From Polymyxa betae A26-41 (lineage: Eukaryota > Protista > Endomyxa: Phytomyxea): a stretch of DNA of 64,000 bases. Shown here piece by piece: positions 49,499-62,229 of this stretch. The stretch covers positions 124,001 through 188,000 of the forward strand of contig RBZT01000633.1 in NCBI GenBank assembly GCA_003693705.1. The letters run 5' to 3'. How positions within the stretch are numbered: the stretch's first letter is position 1; each line of letters begins with the position of its first letter. Under the pieces are notes generated by a model, which was given only the letters and a program-made list of their open reading frames with translations, did no database searches and was not told the origin of the DNA. A program made the position numbers and the translations under genes.

Positions 49499-49985
49499 CT
49501 TCACAAATTTCTCGCGTAGGGCAGCGGTCCAGTATACACCTGGATACAAACCCAGGAAATGCAACGTTCCAGATCGTGCTGCCCTGCAGTTAGTCTCACT
49601 CAGTCGGGAATGCAGCTTCAAGTCACTCCCGCATGCAATTCAACCGAGACTCTTCGTTTCCGAGTGGTCACCGCCCATGATGTCTATCGAACGGTGCCCG
49701 CCAGGACGTTCCAACGTCTTCACCGGCGCCCTTATCTCCAGGAGAGAAGGAGATAGAAGGACGACGACGAACGAACGACGAATAGAAAATGAAACGTGAA
49801 AGCTGAGTTTCTTCACAAGTCACTAAGTACAAACACCTGCGGGGTGATGGGGGCGCGGCCACGCAGTGTCGTCCATAATGACAAGTTGAACGGATCGGGA
49901 AGTCGCCCCACGTTCTCCTTTCCAACGACAAGCCAGGGAGACGAGTCATTATTGCATTTATTGGTTATAACAGCTTTCTGGTGTC

Positions 49986-52900
49986 ATGGTCGAGTCGATA
50001 TCCGAGCCAAGCGATTCGGCACAGAGCCTAGGATGTCCAAATAAGCAGCGCAACGGCATCTTGGTTGCTTATGATCAGCGACCATTCCCGAAAAAGGGTT
50101 GGAAATTCGATGCTTACATCAAGTTTTTTAGTAACAGACCGCAGGCGAAATTTGGTATTTGATCTCCTCAAAATGGTGGCAAACGTATATAGTTCATGGC
50201 ATCCCCACAACTACGTTAGACAGTTCTGATATCCTTGATCCTGATACGAAAAGATTAAAACCAAACCTCTTTGAAGGTCTGCAAGCTTAGCTTACCCATT
50301 CAGCGAAAGCCTAATCATGAATTTCACGTAGGACCGGACAGTGACTACCTTCTCATCGACAACGATCTGTGGCAGCAAATAAAATCCGGGCTTGAGGTGC
50401 TGCCTGGCTCCGAAATAGCGAGGAGTGTGATTGAAGCATCGAATGGTAGCGCCCGAGTGGAGGTATACCCATTTGAATTTCAAGTCCGAGCCAGACGAAT
50501 GAATGGAACTGAAAATGTGAATTACGTCTCGACACGCCGTATGCTCCGAATTCAATTATTGTTCAGATGGAGGAATGGACCCATGTCACATATAGCTGCA
50601 AAGATACCATGAGGTCGATTCTGAATTCTGTTGTCAAAATTCTGGAGATCCCTCCTGGCAGCGATATGCTTTGGAAGAGGAGGCCTCAGTATAACCTTGC
50701 ATGTTCTGAATTACATCGCACCTGATGGCTGGTAGGGACAGTGTGGACACAGACTTCCAGCTTGTGGATCTTGAAAATATTTCTTCTTGCGGAGAAGATA
50801 ACACTACGTTAGATCAGGTCAATGTTGCCCATAATGATTACATTGTAGTTGAGTACAAAAGTCCTAATGGTACTTTGCTGCTATTATTTTCTTGTGTCTG
50901 TCTTCTGATGGTTTTGGCTCAGTATCCTGGGCAGACGATTTACCATTGACGTCTTCTTTAGAGAAAAGGAAATTCTCATTGGGAAGTACTGTATCGGTTT
51001 TTCTTTTGGAGAAATGGGTTGATGGCAAAATTATCGAAGTTAATCAACTTGCTGAAAAGGTCTCTAGATTTTACTGGATTTACTGTTCGCTTAAATTGAA
51101 GTCAGGTTCTTGTACAACCTGATAATCTTCCAGAGAATTATGCTAGATATTATACTTTTAACTCCGAAGAAATCAAAAAGAAAGATGAGATTCAGTCAGC
51201 GAAACCCAAACCCCCATCATCCCCCGATTCGTCGACTTCGTCCGGAAGGTTGGATGGTTAAAAAGTCTCTCGCAGTGTATTTATTTTTGTAGTTTTACTC
51301 GAAGCAAAAGGGTTCTGGATGGCGAATTGACATCAGGTGCAAATGGCTCAGTACCTGTAGCATCTCGCCTAAGATTAGGGCGCGGGATTAAAGGCTTGCA
51401 AAATTTAGGCAACACGTAGAACACTTTTCTATGCTTTTTGTTTTGCTTATTTTCACCAGATGTTTTATGGCATCCACATTACAATGTTTGAACAGAACGA
51501 AGCCCTTTACAGAATATTTCATCTCAAAGTAAGCGCAGCTTAGAACTCCATGGATGATTGATGATTCACACATAGTCTGTACAGGAACTATGCTCGTGAT
51601 TTAAATTTTACTAACCCACTTGGATTAAAAGGACAGCTTGCTAAAGAATATGCCAAGCTTCTGCATGATATCTGGTTCGAGCCTCCGGACAGGTGGTTGT
51701 ATTTGAAGATGCTCTCAATACTTCCCAAATATAATGTTTTAGGCCCAGTGGAGGTTCATCGTCGATTGCTCCCTTCGGCATAAAGAAGGTGATTGCTACT
51801 CATGCACCAATGTTCTCTGGATTCCGGCAGCATGACTCCCAGGTTCGTCTCCGATCATAAAATATATTATTAGTCAACAGAAATCTTACAGGAGTTGCTT
51901 GCTTTCTTATTAGACGGACTTCATGAGGATGTTAATCTTGTTACTAATAAGCCATACACGACAACTGTTGAAAGCAATGGGCGTGACGACGAAGTCGTTG
52001 CTGAAGAGGTCTATATGATAACTCACAAGCTGTTGATTGTTGCTCTAATTTCTTTATTCAGGCTTGGAATACGTATCTGGCAAGAAATCGCTCGATTGTC
52101 GTCGATCTGTTTCAAGGCCAGTTGAAATCCACTGTGATATGTCCTAACTGCCAGCGCGTTTCAGTGACCTTCGGTGGGCTTACGCTTGTCTGCAGATTAT
52201 CACTATTACTGATGCTGTCTTGTTTAGATCCCATGATGTATTTATCATTGCCTTTGACTGCACTTGATATTCGCTGTCTTTCAGTCACTATAATTTATGC
52301 AGATATCACTAAGAAACCTGTTGTTAAGACTCTGGAGGTACTATATTCCCACTAATTTCATGCAACGATTTCTCATAGCAAAACAGTTTCCCAAACGGGG
52401 ATATGTGACTGATATGGTCGCTGTCATTGGCCAACGGGCAGGGATCAGGCCAGACCAGCTTACGATCTGCGAAATTTATGCAAACGACGTGATTAAAGTT
52501 TTTTCTGCTACAGAGAAGGTATTCTTTGTGTTCATCTTCTGTGCGATTTTAACTATTCAATTAGATCTCTGCGATCCAATCTTCCGATATTATCTTCGCC
52601 TATGAATTTCGTATTGAGGTTCCTAACCTTCCGCTTTCATGGTAATCTTTCTGTAAGATCCTCTGTATCAACTTACTGTAAACTTCTCAGGGTGAAACAT
52701 GCTCATGTTTCTTCGCCTAATAGTACAATGCTCCCGATTAACTCGAGCGCTTTCTTTGCATATCCGCGCCCTATTTTCATTCCTCAGGGAACGTTATTGT
52801 CTACTGTTCATTCCGATGTGCTGGAAGCTGCTTCGTCTCTATGCACTTCACAATCAACGAAACTGTCTGCAGACGACATAATCATCAAAATTGTTCCAAA

Positions 52901-53752
52901 ATCTCCCGGATTTTCCTACAGTCAGCAAGTAATTCATAGCAATGATGCCTCCGTACCTAATTTTCACAGAGTGCTTGCTTTTATTTAAACTGGTTTTCAG
53001 GAATGGAGCTTTCCGTCTAAAGTTCCATGCGACATCGTTGTCCATTGGAGTGCTCAAGCCCATGCATTCAAGTACGATAGTTCGCAAAATCTCATGATAC
53101 GCTCTCTGTCCTCGCATCGTCAAGCGTCACCCGATGTCACTTTGCAAGATTGTATCGAACTTTTTACTGCAGAGGAGGTTTTGAGTAAAGATGATCAATG
53201 GTGAGTGAAATGTTTGCTCTGTAAAGGTCGATTAATCTTCCTCTGCAGGTATTGCTCTACGTGTAAAGAACACCAACAGGCCACGAAGAAATTTGAGTTG
53301 TGGAGGTTGCCCAAGATCTTAATCGTTCATCTAAAGCGATTTCAATATACGACTTATTCAAGAAGCAAACTAGATAATTATGTTGATTATCCGACCGAAG
53401 GATTAGATTTGACTCAGTAATGGCTAATGAGACACGTTTTTTGATTTCATAAGTTCTCCGTTCAGATTCGTGAAAGGACCGCAACGAGACTCTCCTGTCA
53501 TCTATGATTTGTATGCAATATCAAACCATTACGGAGGCTTTGGTAAATCTTTCTGTTCGGAATATGGCCTAGATTTCAAAGCTTGTAACGTTAGGTGGAG
53601 GGCATTATACTGCATATGGGAAGGTTTCGGATAATCAGTGGTATTCCTTTGACGACTCATCTACCCACCCTATATCTGTTGATCAGATAAAGACACGAGC
53701 TGCGTATGTGCTCTTTTATCAGCTTCGGGAAAATGCAGACAATCCTACTTAA
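49986..53752 (+). CDS. Ubiquitin C-terminal hydrolase, USP4/11/15-like (DUSP-UBL-USP), many exons
   Basis: WYLISSKWW (DUSP), [54 protein letters not shown]. Confidence 0.92.
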
Positions 53753-53768
53753 ATAAAATATATCTATA

Positions 53769-53841
53769 TAGACTTGTTAATTATTGGTTGATATAGATTG
53801 TTGATTATTGGTTGATAGATTTGTTGATTATTGGTTGGTTG
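53769..53841. repeat. Degenerate tandem repeat of about 23 bp, 3 copies
   Basis: (taga)ttgttgattattggttga units just after the USP stop codon. Confidence 0.75.
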
Positions 53842-54625
53842 CTGGTGAGATCTGGCCTCAATGGCGGCATGGGGATGAAAACATTCTCGGGTGCTAAAAC
53901 AAATTACAATGTCATATCTGAAGGCTACGTATCGAGTTCACCTAAATAACATGTATCCGATAGTTCAGGTTTGGAATCATCAGCGACACGTTCTGTCATA
54001 ATACGTCCAAGATCGACAACGCTTCCGGGAGGGCATTGGTGTTTCTGATAAGAATGTGATGCAGAATGACCGTCGCTCTGCTTAAACGACATGTTCTTGG
54101 CCTAAGCGATTTTGAATCAGTGTCACCCCTTTCTCTACTGGGCAGCAAAAACGCGAACCCCAACCACTTCAAAGTTCAAAAATCCGATTCGCAATAAAGA
54201 GATGTTTTCCGCATTCGAAAATTCCATTGCAGTTGTTTTTTTGAGACTATTGCCAATCTTTCGATTAACGAAAACGTTACCTACAAGAGTTTCGATCGGA
54301 TTTGTAGTGTTTAATTCAAGGATCCTATCAAATGCCAAGATTAGCAGATACCATTTAAAGGAGACAATCGCATTCACCAAGAAAATCAACTCTCTTCTGA
54401 TGGCTAATCAAGGTTGACAATCTCGTCAATTAAGGCAGATTAACTCTTGCCTGCTTGGCTCGGCAAAGCCCACGTTACCAACCGTCCATCTTGCGTAACC
54501 GGAAACATCACGGAATCGTAGAATCAGCTGGCTTCTCTGTTAAGGCTGATCGAACATGGCACCAATCAAAAGACGATTCCCAACCAGGTCGTTGATCACT
54601 TTGCTGCTTCAACGCTAATATCAGC

Positions 54626-55450
54626 ATGTCGTCGTTGTCCTTTGTTTTCATTGCAACAGTGCTATCGATGACATGCTGGATTAGTGTACAAAGTCAAACA
54701 CTAGTAACCCAGCAAGAAGCTGATCAGATCGTGGCCATGCATAACGCAGCTCGGGCTGCTGTATCCCCTGCTGCATCGAATATGATGCAAATGAGCTGGG
54801 ATCCCCAACTTGCTACCAGTGCTCAAAATTACGCCAATACGTGCCCATCTGGTCATAGTGGCATCAAAGGCCTGGGCGAGAATCTGAGCTGGGGATGGCC
54901 CGCCATGCTTGTCACCAAGGCGATCACGATGTGGACGGATGAGAGGCCTTTTTACACATACTCCAGCAACAGCTGCAAACCTGGTCAACAATGCGGTCAT
55001 TACACCCAGATGGTTTGGGCTACCAGCACCAAGGTTGGATGTGGAAAGAAGACCTGCTCTTCTCTTATGGGACACGGAAAGGGTGATGCCTGGGTCTGCC
55101 ATTATTCACCAGCTGGTAACTGGGTCGGTCAGTTGCCCTACAAGACAGGAGCACCATGCTCTCAATGCCCTACTGGTTCTACTTGTATTCAGAATCAGTG
55201 TTCTGTATCGGGGTCCGGGGGTGCCCCAGGTCAGCCATCAGCACCAGTCTCTCCCACTCCTGCACCTGTCTCTCCTGCTTCGTCACCAATCACACCATTA
55301 CCTGCCAATGTTCCGACAACACTGACCTCGGGGTCTGTCGTTGTTCCCATCATCCAGACACCTAACGGACCCATGGTTCCTATTACCATTACCAAGCCTC
55401 AACAGCCAGCCGTGCAGTCACCCATGACGTTGCCTACCAATCAAGCTTGA
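54626..55450 (+). CDS. Secreted CAP/SCP/PR-1 superfamily protein with Cys-rich hinge and Pro/Ser/Thr tail, intronless
   Basis: Signal peptide; HNAAR, GENL, W.DE, GHYTQMVWA..KVGCG, VCHYSPAGN; C-x2-C hinge. Confidence 0.93.
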   Translation: MSSLSFVFIATVLSMTCWISVQSQTLVTQQEADQIVAMHNAARAAVSPAASNMMQMSWDPQLATSAQNYANTCPSGHSGIKGLGENLSWGWPAMLVTKAITMWTDERPFYTYSSNSCKPGQQCGHYTQMVWATSTKVGCGKKTCSSLMGHGKGDAWVCHYSPAGNWVGQLPYKTGAPCSQCPTGSTCIQNQCSVSGSGGAPGQPSAPVSPTPAPVSPASSPITPLPANVPTTLTSGSVVVPIIQTPNGPMVPITITKPQQPAVQSPMTLPTNQA

Positions 55451-55745
55451 GCGTGCTGCGAATCCAGAATGTCCAAGAAATTTTTATGAGCTATTAATCA
55501 AGACTATAGTATAATACACTGATGCCAGTCGTTTTCTTTCCAAGGAATTGTGTGAAACTGAGTTTTCAATAGGAAGAGCGACCCTTGCAAGCATGTAAGC
55601 TTCTCACGTCAAATCGATCGAGAGTGGAAGTGAGAGTCTCGCGAGACCGATAGGCGATACCTGTGACTGTTTTGGATCTGTATCATTCCGTCTATAGGTC
55701 TGGAAGGAGGCGTTCCTGAAGCAATTGCTGGCGGTGGCAGCAGAC

Positions 55746-56302
55746 ATGTCGCGACGGTGCTCGCGATACCATTCCATGACCGAACCCGAGCATGTATTCC
55801 CCTTCCTCCCTGAGCTTATTAATTTGGCTCCTCTTCATCATGGTAATCTTCAAGATATCAGCCTAGCAGCATGTAAAGATTTTGCCAAGTACAATGACAC
55901 TGTATTGTTTTTGAAAGCATGGCTGACTGCTTGTTCTTAGAAAATACCATTTGTATTTGATCTCAAGAGCAGAAGGTAAATGAATGTCTTGCTTAGTTTC
56001 ACTATTGTAAAAATGGTACAGCAATGACATCCTCGGGAAGGCGCTGGTCTTTAACTGGTCGGCAGCATTCTCCATTATCGATGGAAGACATTCGTAACGC
56101 GGTTGAAGATCATATGCCCGATAACATCAAGGACATAGTCGCTCTACGTCGGCATTCGATCGAGTTTGAGCCGGATCTCGGATCGATTTCAGAAAAAGGT
56201 CTTTTCCTAGCACCAACCAATGATCAGTTTCTCACAAAGTTGCCTTCGTTAGATGCTAATACCCACTTTCATGACTTTACAGATGATATGAATGACTATT
56301 GA
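55746..56302 (+). CDS. Small protein with a possible histone fold (TAF9/TAF10-like), 3 exons
   Basis: Two GT-AG introns join the ORFs in frame; ISLAACKDFAKKY..LSMEDIRNAVE. Confidence 0.5.
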
Positions 56303-56754
56303 TCGCAACCGTCCAATGACACAGCACCGCCCGTTTGACATCAACAAACCATTCGAACCCAATCCAATTCATCGCAGCCGTCCATCACCTAATATTTGTC
56401 ATTAAACAACAAGTAATACGGACACATTTTCGGTTTCCAGCATTTGATGGATATTCAAATCATCTCTATACTGACGGCGAATCGTAACGCGTTGGTGTCT
56501 TGTTTTCATTGATATCGCTGCATGTCTAGATATCTGTGGCAAAATTTGAAGACAATTCAAAGAGAGATTTCAATTGGTGAATGTTGTAATCGCAAAATCA
56601 CGATTAACTGTGATGATATCATTCTCATGTATCACGTTACGGCTCTGATAAAGGCGGAGCCTCCTCAAAAGTAACATTTATATGTGCCAACAGCCCGCTG
56701 TGTTTGCCGGTTTCACTTTCGGATTACCATCCTGCTGGTTGTATTTTTAATTTG

Positions 56755-59005
56755 ATGGAGGTCATTGCTGGAGCACTCTACCTTGCTGACACCGAGGTTC
56801 CCGTTGTGCGTCTGGATATCCAGCATCATTTCGAGACTTTGACCCACCAAGAGAAAAAATATGCTCATCATTTTAGCCGGGCCTCATGGCTTGGGAGAAG
56901 GTAGCTGGGTTGTCAACTCTTTTGAAGCGTCTGTATTAAGACAGTATCACGTAGGATTATCGCTGCTCAGCTTTCTCGTGATGCAACAACATTGTATGAT
57001 TTTATAATCTCCATCTTTTCGACGGACCATGGCAGTATGAGGAACATTGAATCTCTAAAGAAGTCTAGCAACGTGAGCGATGATGCTTTTTTAAATTTTC
57101 TCGAGTATGCAGCCCAGGTCCTTGCAAATATTGGACAATATAGAAGCTTTGGTGATACCAAATTCATTCCCAGAATCGATCTAGAGGAGTTCGCAAAGGC
57201 AATAATCTTGTTCGTCAAACTTCAACTTCTTATTTTATTCAGATTGTTGACTCGACAGGTTCTGAATCTGCTAAGAAGCTATTTGAAGAATGCAAGCGAT
57301 TCATGTATCAGGTGACCCCGGAGGCTGTTTGCCGATTAGGATTTCCTGCTGATGGGCATGTCTCAGGTCATTTCTGGTTTCTCCTAGATAGTTTCTCTCA
57401 TTGATGGACACTTTCAGGCTATTATTCTGACAACATCTCGAAAGCCGATATCGAATTAGTTCAGAAGGCCTTGGATTCGGAAAACATCTCGGCGTTGAAT
57501 ACTCGCCTATTCAAATCCAGCTCCGATCCAAAATCCTTCGATTTACGAATTGCTTCATCAAGTACCCGGCATCCTATCATTATCAATAAGGATGGTATCA
57601 CAATTCGGGTTGTGTATGGTGATTTTAGCAAAGAGATGGCGCAGATCGCTGCTGAGATTACATTAGCGGTTGAAGTAGCCGCCAATGAGACCCAGAAGAA
57701 AATGTGCATTGCTTATGCGAAATCGTTCGAATCAGGCAGCATCGAAGACCATAAAGAATCGCAGATCCACTGGGTTCGCGACCAATCCCCAACTGTGGAA
57801 ACTAATATCGGCTTTATTGAAACGTATCGAGACCCAGCTGGGGTACGTGCCGAATGGGAAGGATTCGTGGCTGTTGTTAACAAAGAGATGACGAAAAAAT
57901 TTGGCGTCCTGGTTTCAAGTGCTCAGGAATTTCTCAAGTTGCTACCATGGCCGGCCGATTACGAGAAAGACACGTTCCTGCGTCCAGATTTTACATCTCT
58001 TGAAGTGCTTTCATTCGCAACCGGAGGTCTTCCAGGTAAATTTATTCAACTCGTTGCAAACGTTATGCTGATGTCATTGTAGCTGGTATCAATATTCCGA
58101 ATTACGACGATATTCGTCAGAAGATCGGATTTAAGAATGTATCTCTAGGAAATGTTCTCAATGCTCATAGTCCCAACGAGAAAATCTTCTTCCTTTCTCA
58201 ACAGGACAAAGAGCTGTTTACCAAATACCGAGGACCGGCCTTTGAAGTTCAAGTCGGTCTTCATGAACTGCTCGGGCATGGTTCTGGAAAGCTGCTAGCT
58301 GAAGAATCACCAGGCGTTTTCAACTTCGACAAGGCAAATCCACCGAAGTCGCCACTTACTGGAAATCCGATTACAACGTGGTATAAACCAGGGCAGACCT
58401 GGGGCAGCGTCTTTAAGGGCATCTCCAGCAGCTACGAAGAATGCCGCGCTGAAACCGTTGCCATGCACCTAATGTTGAACAAAAAGGTTCTGTCGATTTT
58501 TGGTCACGAAGGACAGGAAGCTGATGATATCATTTACGTCGGGTATTTGTCGATGGCGAAAGCAGGGCTGCAAGCATTGGAATTCTACGACCCGATTACA
58601 AAGAAATGGGGCCAGGCACATATGCAGGCGCGTTTTGCCTTGCTGAAGGTGTTCATTGCAGCTGAGCTGGCTGTTGTAAACGCCACCAAAGACGATGTCT
58701 CACTCGTTGTCCATCGTGATCGCATTTTAACTCATGGAGCTCCAGCTGTCGCGAATTTCTTAACGGCTCTGCAGGTCTATAAAGCAACAGCTGATGCCGA
58801 GCAAGGAACAGAATTTTACGTAAAATCTACTTCTGTAGAGGACTCCTGGCTGCCGATTCGGGATGTGGTTCTTTATCGCAAGCAGGCAAGGAAGATTTTC
58901 GTTCAGTGTAATACGGTTATGAATCCAGATGGGTCGATCGCCATCAAGGAATATCCGGCAACCCTTGAAGGACTAATATGCAGTCATGTCGAGCGAGGAG
59001 TTTAA
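56755..59005 (+). CDS. DPP3: Dipeptidyl peptidase III (M49), multi-exon
   Basis: GFIETYRDPAG, AGINIPNYDDIRQ, HELLGHGSGK, EECRAE, GQAHMQAR. Confidence 0.97.
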
Positions 59006-59171
59006 CAATCTTTATTGACATTGTCAAATACATAACGAATTCATTGTATAAATCAGTTGTCGTTAGTTTATGGCTGTTTACATCAGTCGAAAATTTAAAG
59101 ATGAAACACTACCAGTACCTAAAGAGGCAGGGAAAGATTGGTAGAAATTGATGTCGCAGAAGTTTACAGGA

Positions 59172-59871
59172 ATGGGTCAAGAGAATCCCTGGTCTCCGGC
59201 TAATACCGGCAGCCTGGAATCGATATTGGCAACAGCAGCCAAGCTGAACTTGATAGACCAGGATGTTGGAGAGCAGAGCGCGGCCGAAGGCGACGGCGAG
59301 CTACTCGTAGAGAAATGGATCAGGCTGAAGAGAGATCTGAATGAGGCTACCTGCTCTCTTGAGTTATCTCGCCTTGTTCATCAATATCAAAGTGTACGCT
59401 GGTGGATTTATTGTAAATGGAAAGCATTTATATTGGTGCTTATTGCTTGTTAGGTGTTTGATGAAAAACATCCAGAATTGATAAACTCGTTACTGCGTTA
59501 TTATGAGCGTCTGATGGCCTGTAAGCAACGGATACGAAATCTGATATCAGCTCCAATCTGCCAACAAGCTCTCATTGTACCGAAACGCTATCACAAGTAC
59601 TTCTGTTTATACGAACGAACTGGATTCACTTTAAACGATTCTCAGGGATATCGTTCAAGTTTTCACAGAGATTCAATTAAGTTTACCAGAATTGAGAGGT
59701 TATGAGAATGACCTGCAATGGGCTAGCGCCCAATGTCCTGACGGCGTTGATCAGATCGATCAAGTGTGTGCTAAACTCAATCAAAGGCTGGGGCAGCTAG
59801 AGCGATATTATGAGGTCCTTAATCTGGTTCGTTCAGAACTTGGGCAATATTCTGCTCTAATTTGCAAATAA
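59172..59871 (+). CDS. HAUS2: Augmin subunit HAUS2-like, 3 exons
   Basis: N-terminal NPWSPA; KQRIRNLISAPICQQALIVPKRYHKDIVQVF resembles HAUS2 [31 protein letters not shown]. Confidence 0.7.
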
Positions 59872-60589
59872 ATCTGAAGTTTATTAACTACACTGTATCC
59901 AACTTGATTACTGAAAGTCTGCAAACTCTTCTGACTAACATGTACCGGTATTATTTTTTGTTTGTACAGCCCCTATGTCGGATATATTGGGCTGTCCTCT
60001 AATAATAAGATGTCACCAATTCTCGGAGTTGCGGATCTCATGCTGAGGCGCGGCACTGCCGGTCTTCATTTCCATTGCTGTCGCTCGGTGAATTGGAGCC
60101 GTCTCTCAGGTAATGTCGAGCTGCTTTCTTTTCGTTTGAACCTTGCATATGATGAACTCTTTAAATACCAAGATCTGTTCCGAAATATTTTGAAGACGTT
60201 ATTCGTGTCTGAAACTTCCCAACAATTTCGTTTCCGCTGTGTTTTGTTTCAACATGTATTAATACGGCTTCTCTTTTACAGGCTCCTCCCGCACTACATC
60301 ATCTTCAATCTTGTCATTCTAATATTCGTAATAAAAATGGTGCCATTTTCTCAACGGTTACAAAACTATTAGCTTCAAACTCGTACTTGATGTTTTCGAG
60401 GAAAGCTGCTTACCTGTAAGCTGTTTAAATGTCGAAGTCTAGGCAAATGTTTGGAACCGGCAAGGCAGTCATCCTTTCCGAATATAGCTCCTATACACAA
60501 GGCATGAAGATGCACTTCTGCTACCATACTCGAAGTTCATGCTGATACTGTATAAGAGGCGCGGCCTTCTACTTTATTCTGCTAACTCG

Positions 60590-62196
60590 ATGTTCTTATT
60601 GACATCGCTGTTTACCAGGTCGCCGATCGTGTTTAATCGATGTTTTTCGAAGGTGACGTCATCGCATGCACCATCTTCCATGGTGATAGCACATTTGTTG
60701 ATTTGTAATCGAGTTGCTGACCAACTTGAAGTATCGGTGGCTGGTTGATTCGGGTTCGCTACGAAGCGATCCTCGTCAGATTCGGGTTTTAGACCGCTTG
60801 GACCGTTTACATCACGAGCTGGACAGTTATCAGCCTCATCATTCGTTATCGAGTATTTCCAAACAAGGTCTTTCTACCTGGATGATCCGCATGACTGGAC
60901 TCGGTACGAAACAGCCTGCCAAGCCGCCCAAAGGACTTTACATCTATGGCTCTCCCGGAACGGGAAAGACACTCTTAATGGTCGTTCACCACTATTCGTC
61001 TTCTTGGTTCTCAAAACTGATGAGTATTGTAGGACATTTTATATGATTGTGCTCGTGTTGCACATAAAAAACGGGTACATTTCAACACGTTCATGATTAA
61101 CGTTCATGAGAGAATTCATCGTTGGCGCCAAACACGAACGGATACTGATGCTGATCCCATTCCGCCATTAGCCCATAGCATTGGCTCTGAGGCTCATCTG
61201 CTTTGCTTTGACGAATTTCAAGGTTTGTCTCAGGTCTGACAAAACATCACGTTTTTCCTGAATGTGTTCATAGTTACCGATGTTGCTGACGCGATGATCC
61301 TTAAAAGGCTATTCGACAAGCTGTTCTCTGATGGCGTGGTTGTCGTTGCAACATCAAATCGTGCACCGAGTGAGCTTTATAAAAATGGGATTCAGCGAGA
61401 TTTATTCTTGCCTTTTATCGATCAGGTGCCGTGTTTCATTATTTAGCCTGGATATGAAGATTTATCGGCAAGCAGTTATGCGATTACTGTGAAGTTGTCA
61501 ATGTCGATACGGAAGTCGACTATCGTACTTTAGGCATGTCGCTTTCTGGGACCTTTTTCCATCCCTCGGATGAAAAACGCTCCGAATTTGAGGCGGCGTT
61601 TAAGGAAGTCGTTGGCGCGTCGCCATTACGATCTTTCGAATTACCTGTTGGGTAAGCTCAATAGACATTCTGTTATCACACTTTCCAAATATCAATAGGC
61701 AAGGACGATCTATCACCGTGAGCTGTGCTAGCAAAGGCGTTGCCAAATTCAGTTTTGACGAGCTGTGTAATGCAGCGCTGGGCTCTGCGGATTATGCTGC
61801 AATCGCCTCCGAATTCCACACTGTGTTCTTGGAAGGAGTCAGAAATCGTCGCTTTTCGGTTTCCTTCAAACTTATTGTTGACCCAGGTACCGCTTTTCGA
61901 TATCGAATCTAGAAATGTCCTCAGGCGCTTTATACTTCTTGTGGATGAATTGTATCAAAACAAAGTCAGAATGGTATGCTTAGCGGGGGCGGCACCGGGA
62001 GATTTATTTAAGTAATATGTTTCTGTTTGTTTTATCGATCTTTATTGACTCTCGGTGTAGATATGATTCCCGAAACGACAAATACGATGAAGTGTTTGCT
62101 TTTCAAAGATGTTTGTCAAGGCTAAGTGAAATGCAAAGCAAGGAGTATTCTGTTGCTGGTGATTTGCATCGGAAGAAGCGGTCAGCGCAAGGTTAG
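60590..62196 (+). CDS. AFG1: AFG1/LACE1 (ZapE-like) mitochondrial ATPase, multi-exon
   Basis: [56 protein letters not shown]. Confidence 0.93.
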
Positions 62197-62229
62197 CACC
62201 ACGAATGTTTAAAAATGTATTAAAGTATT

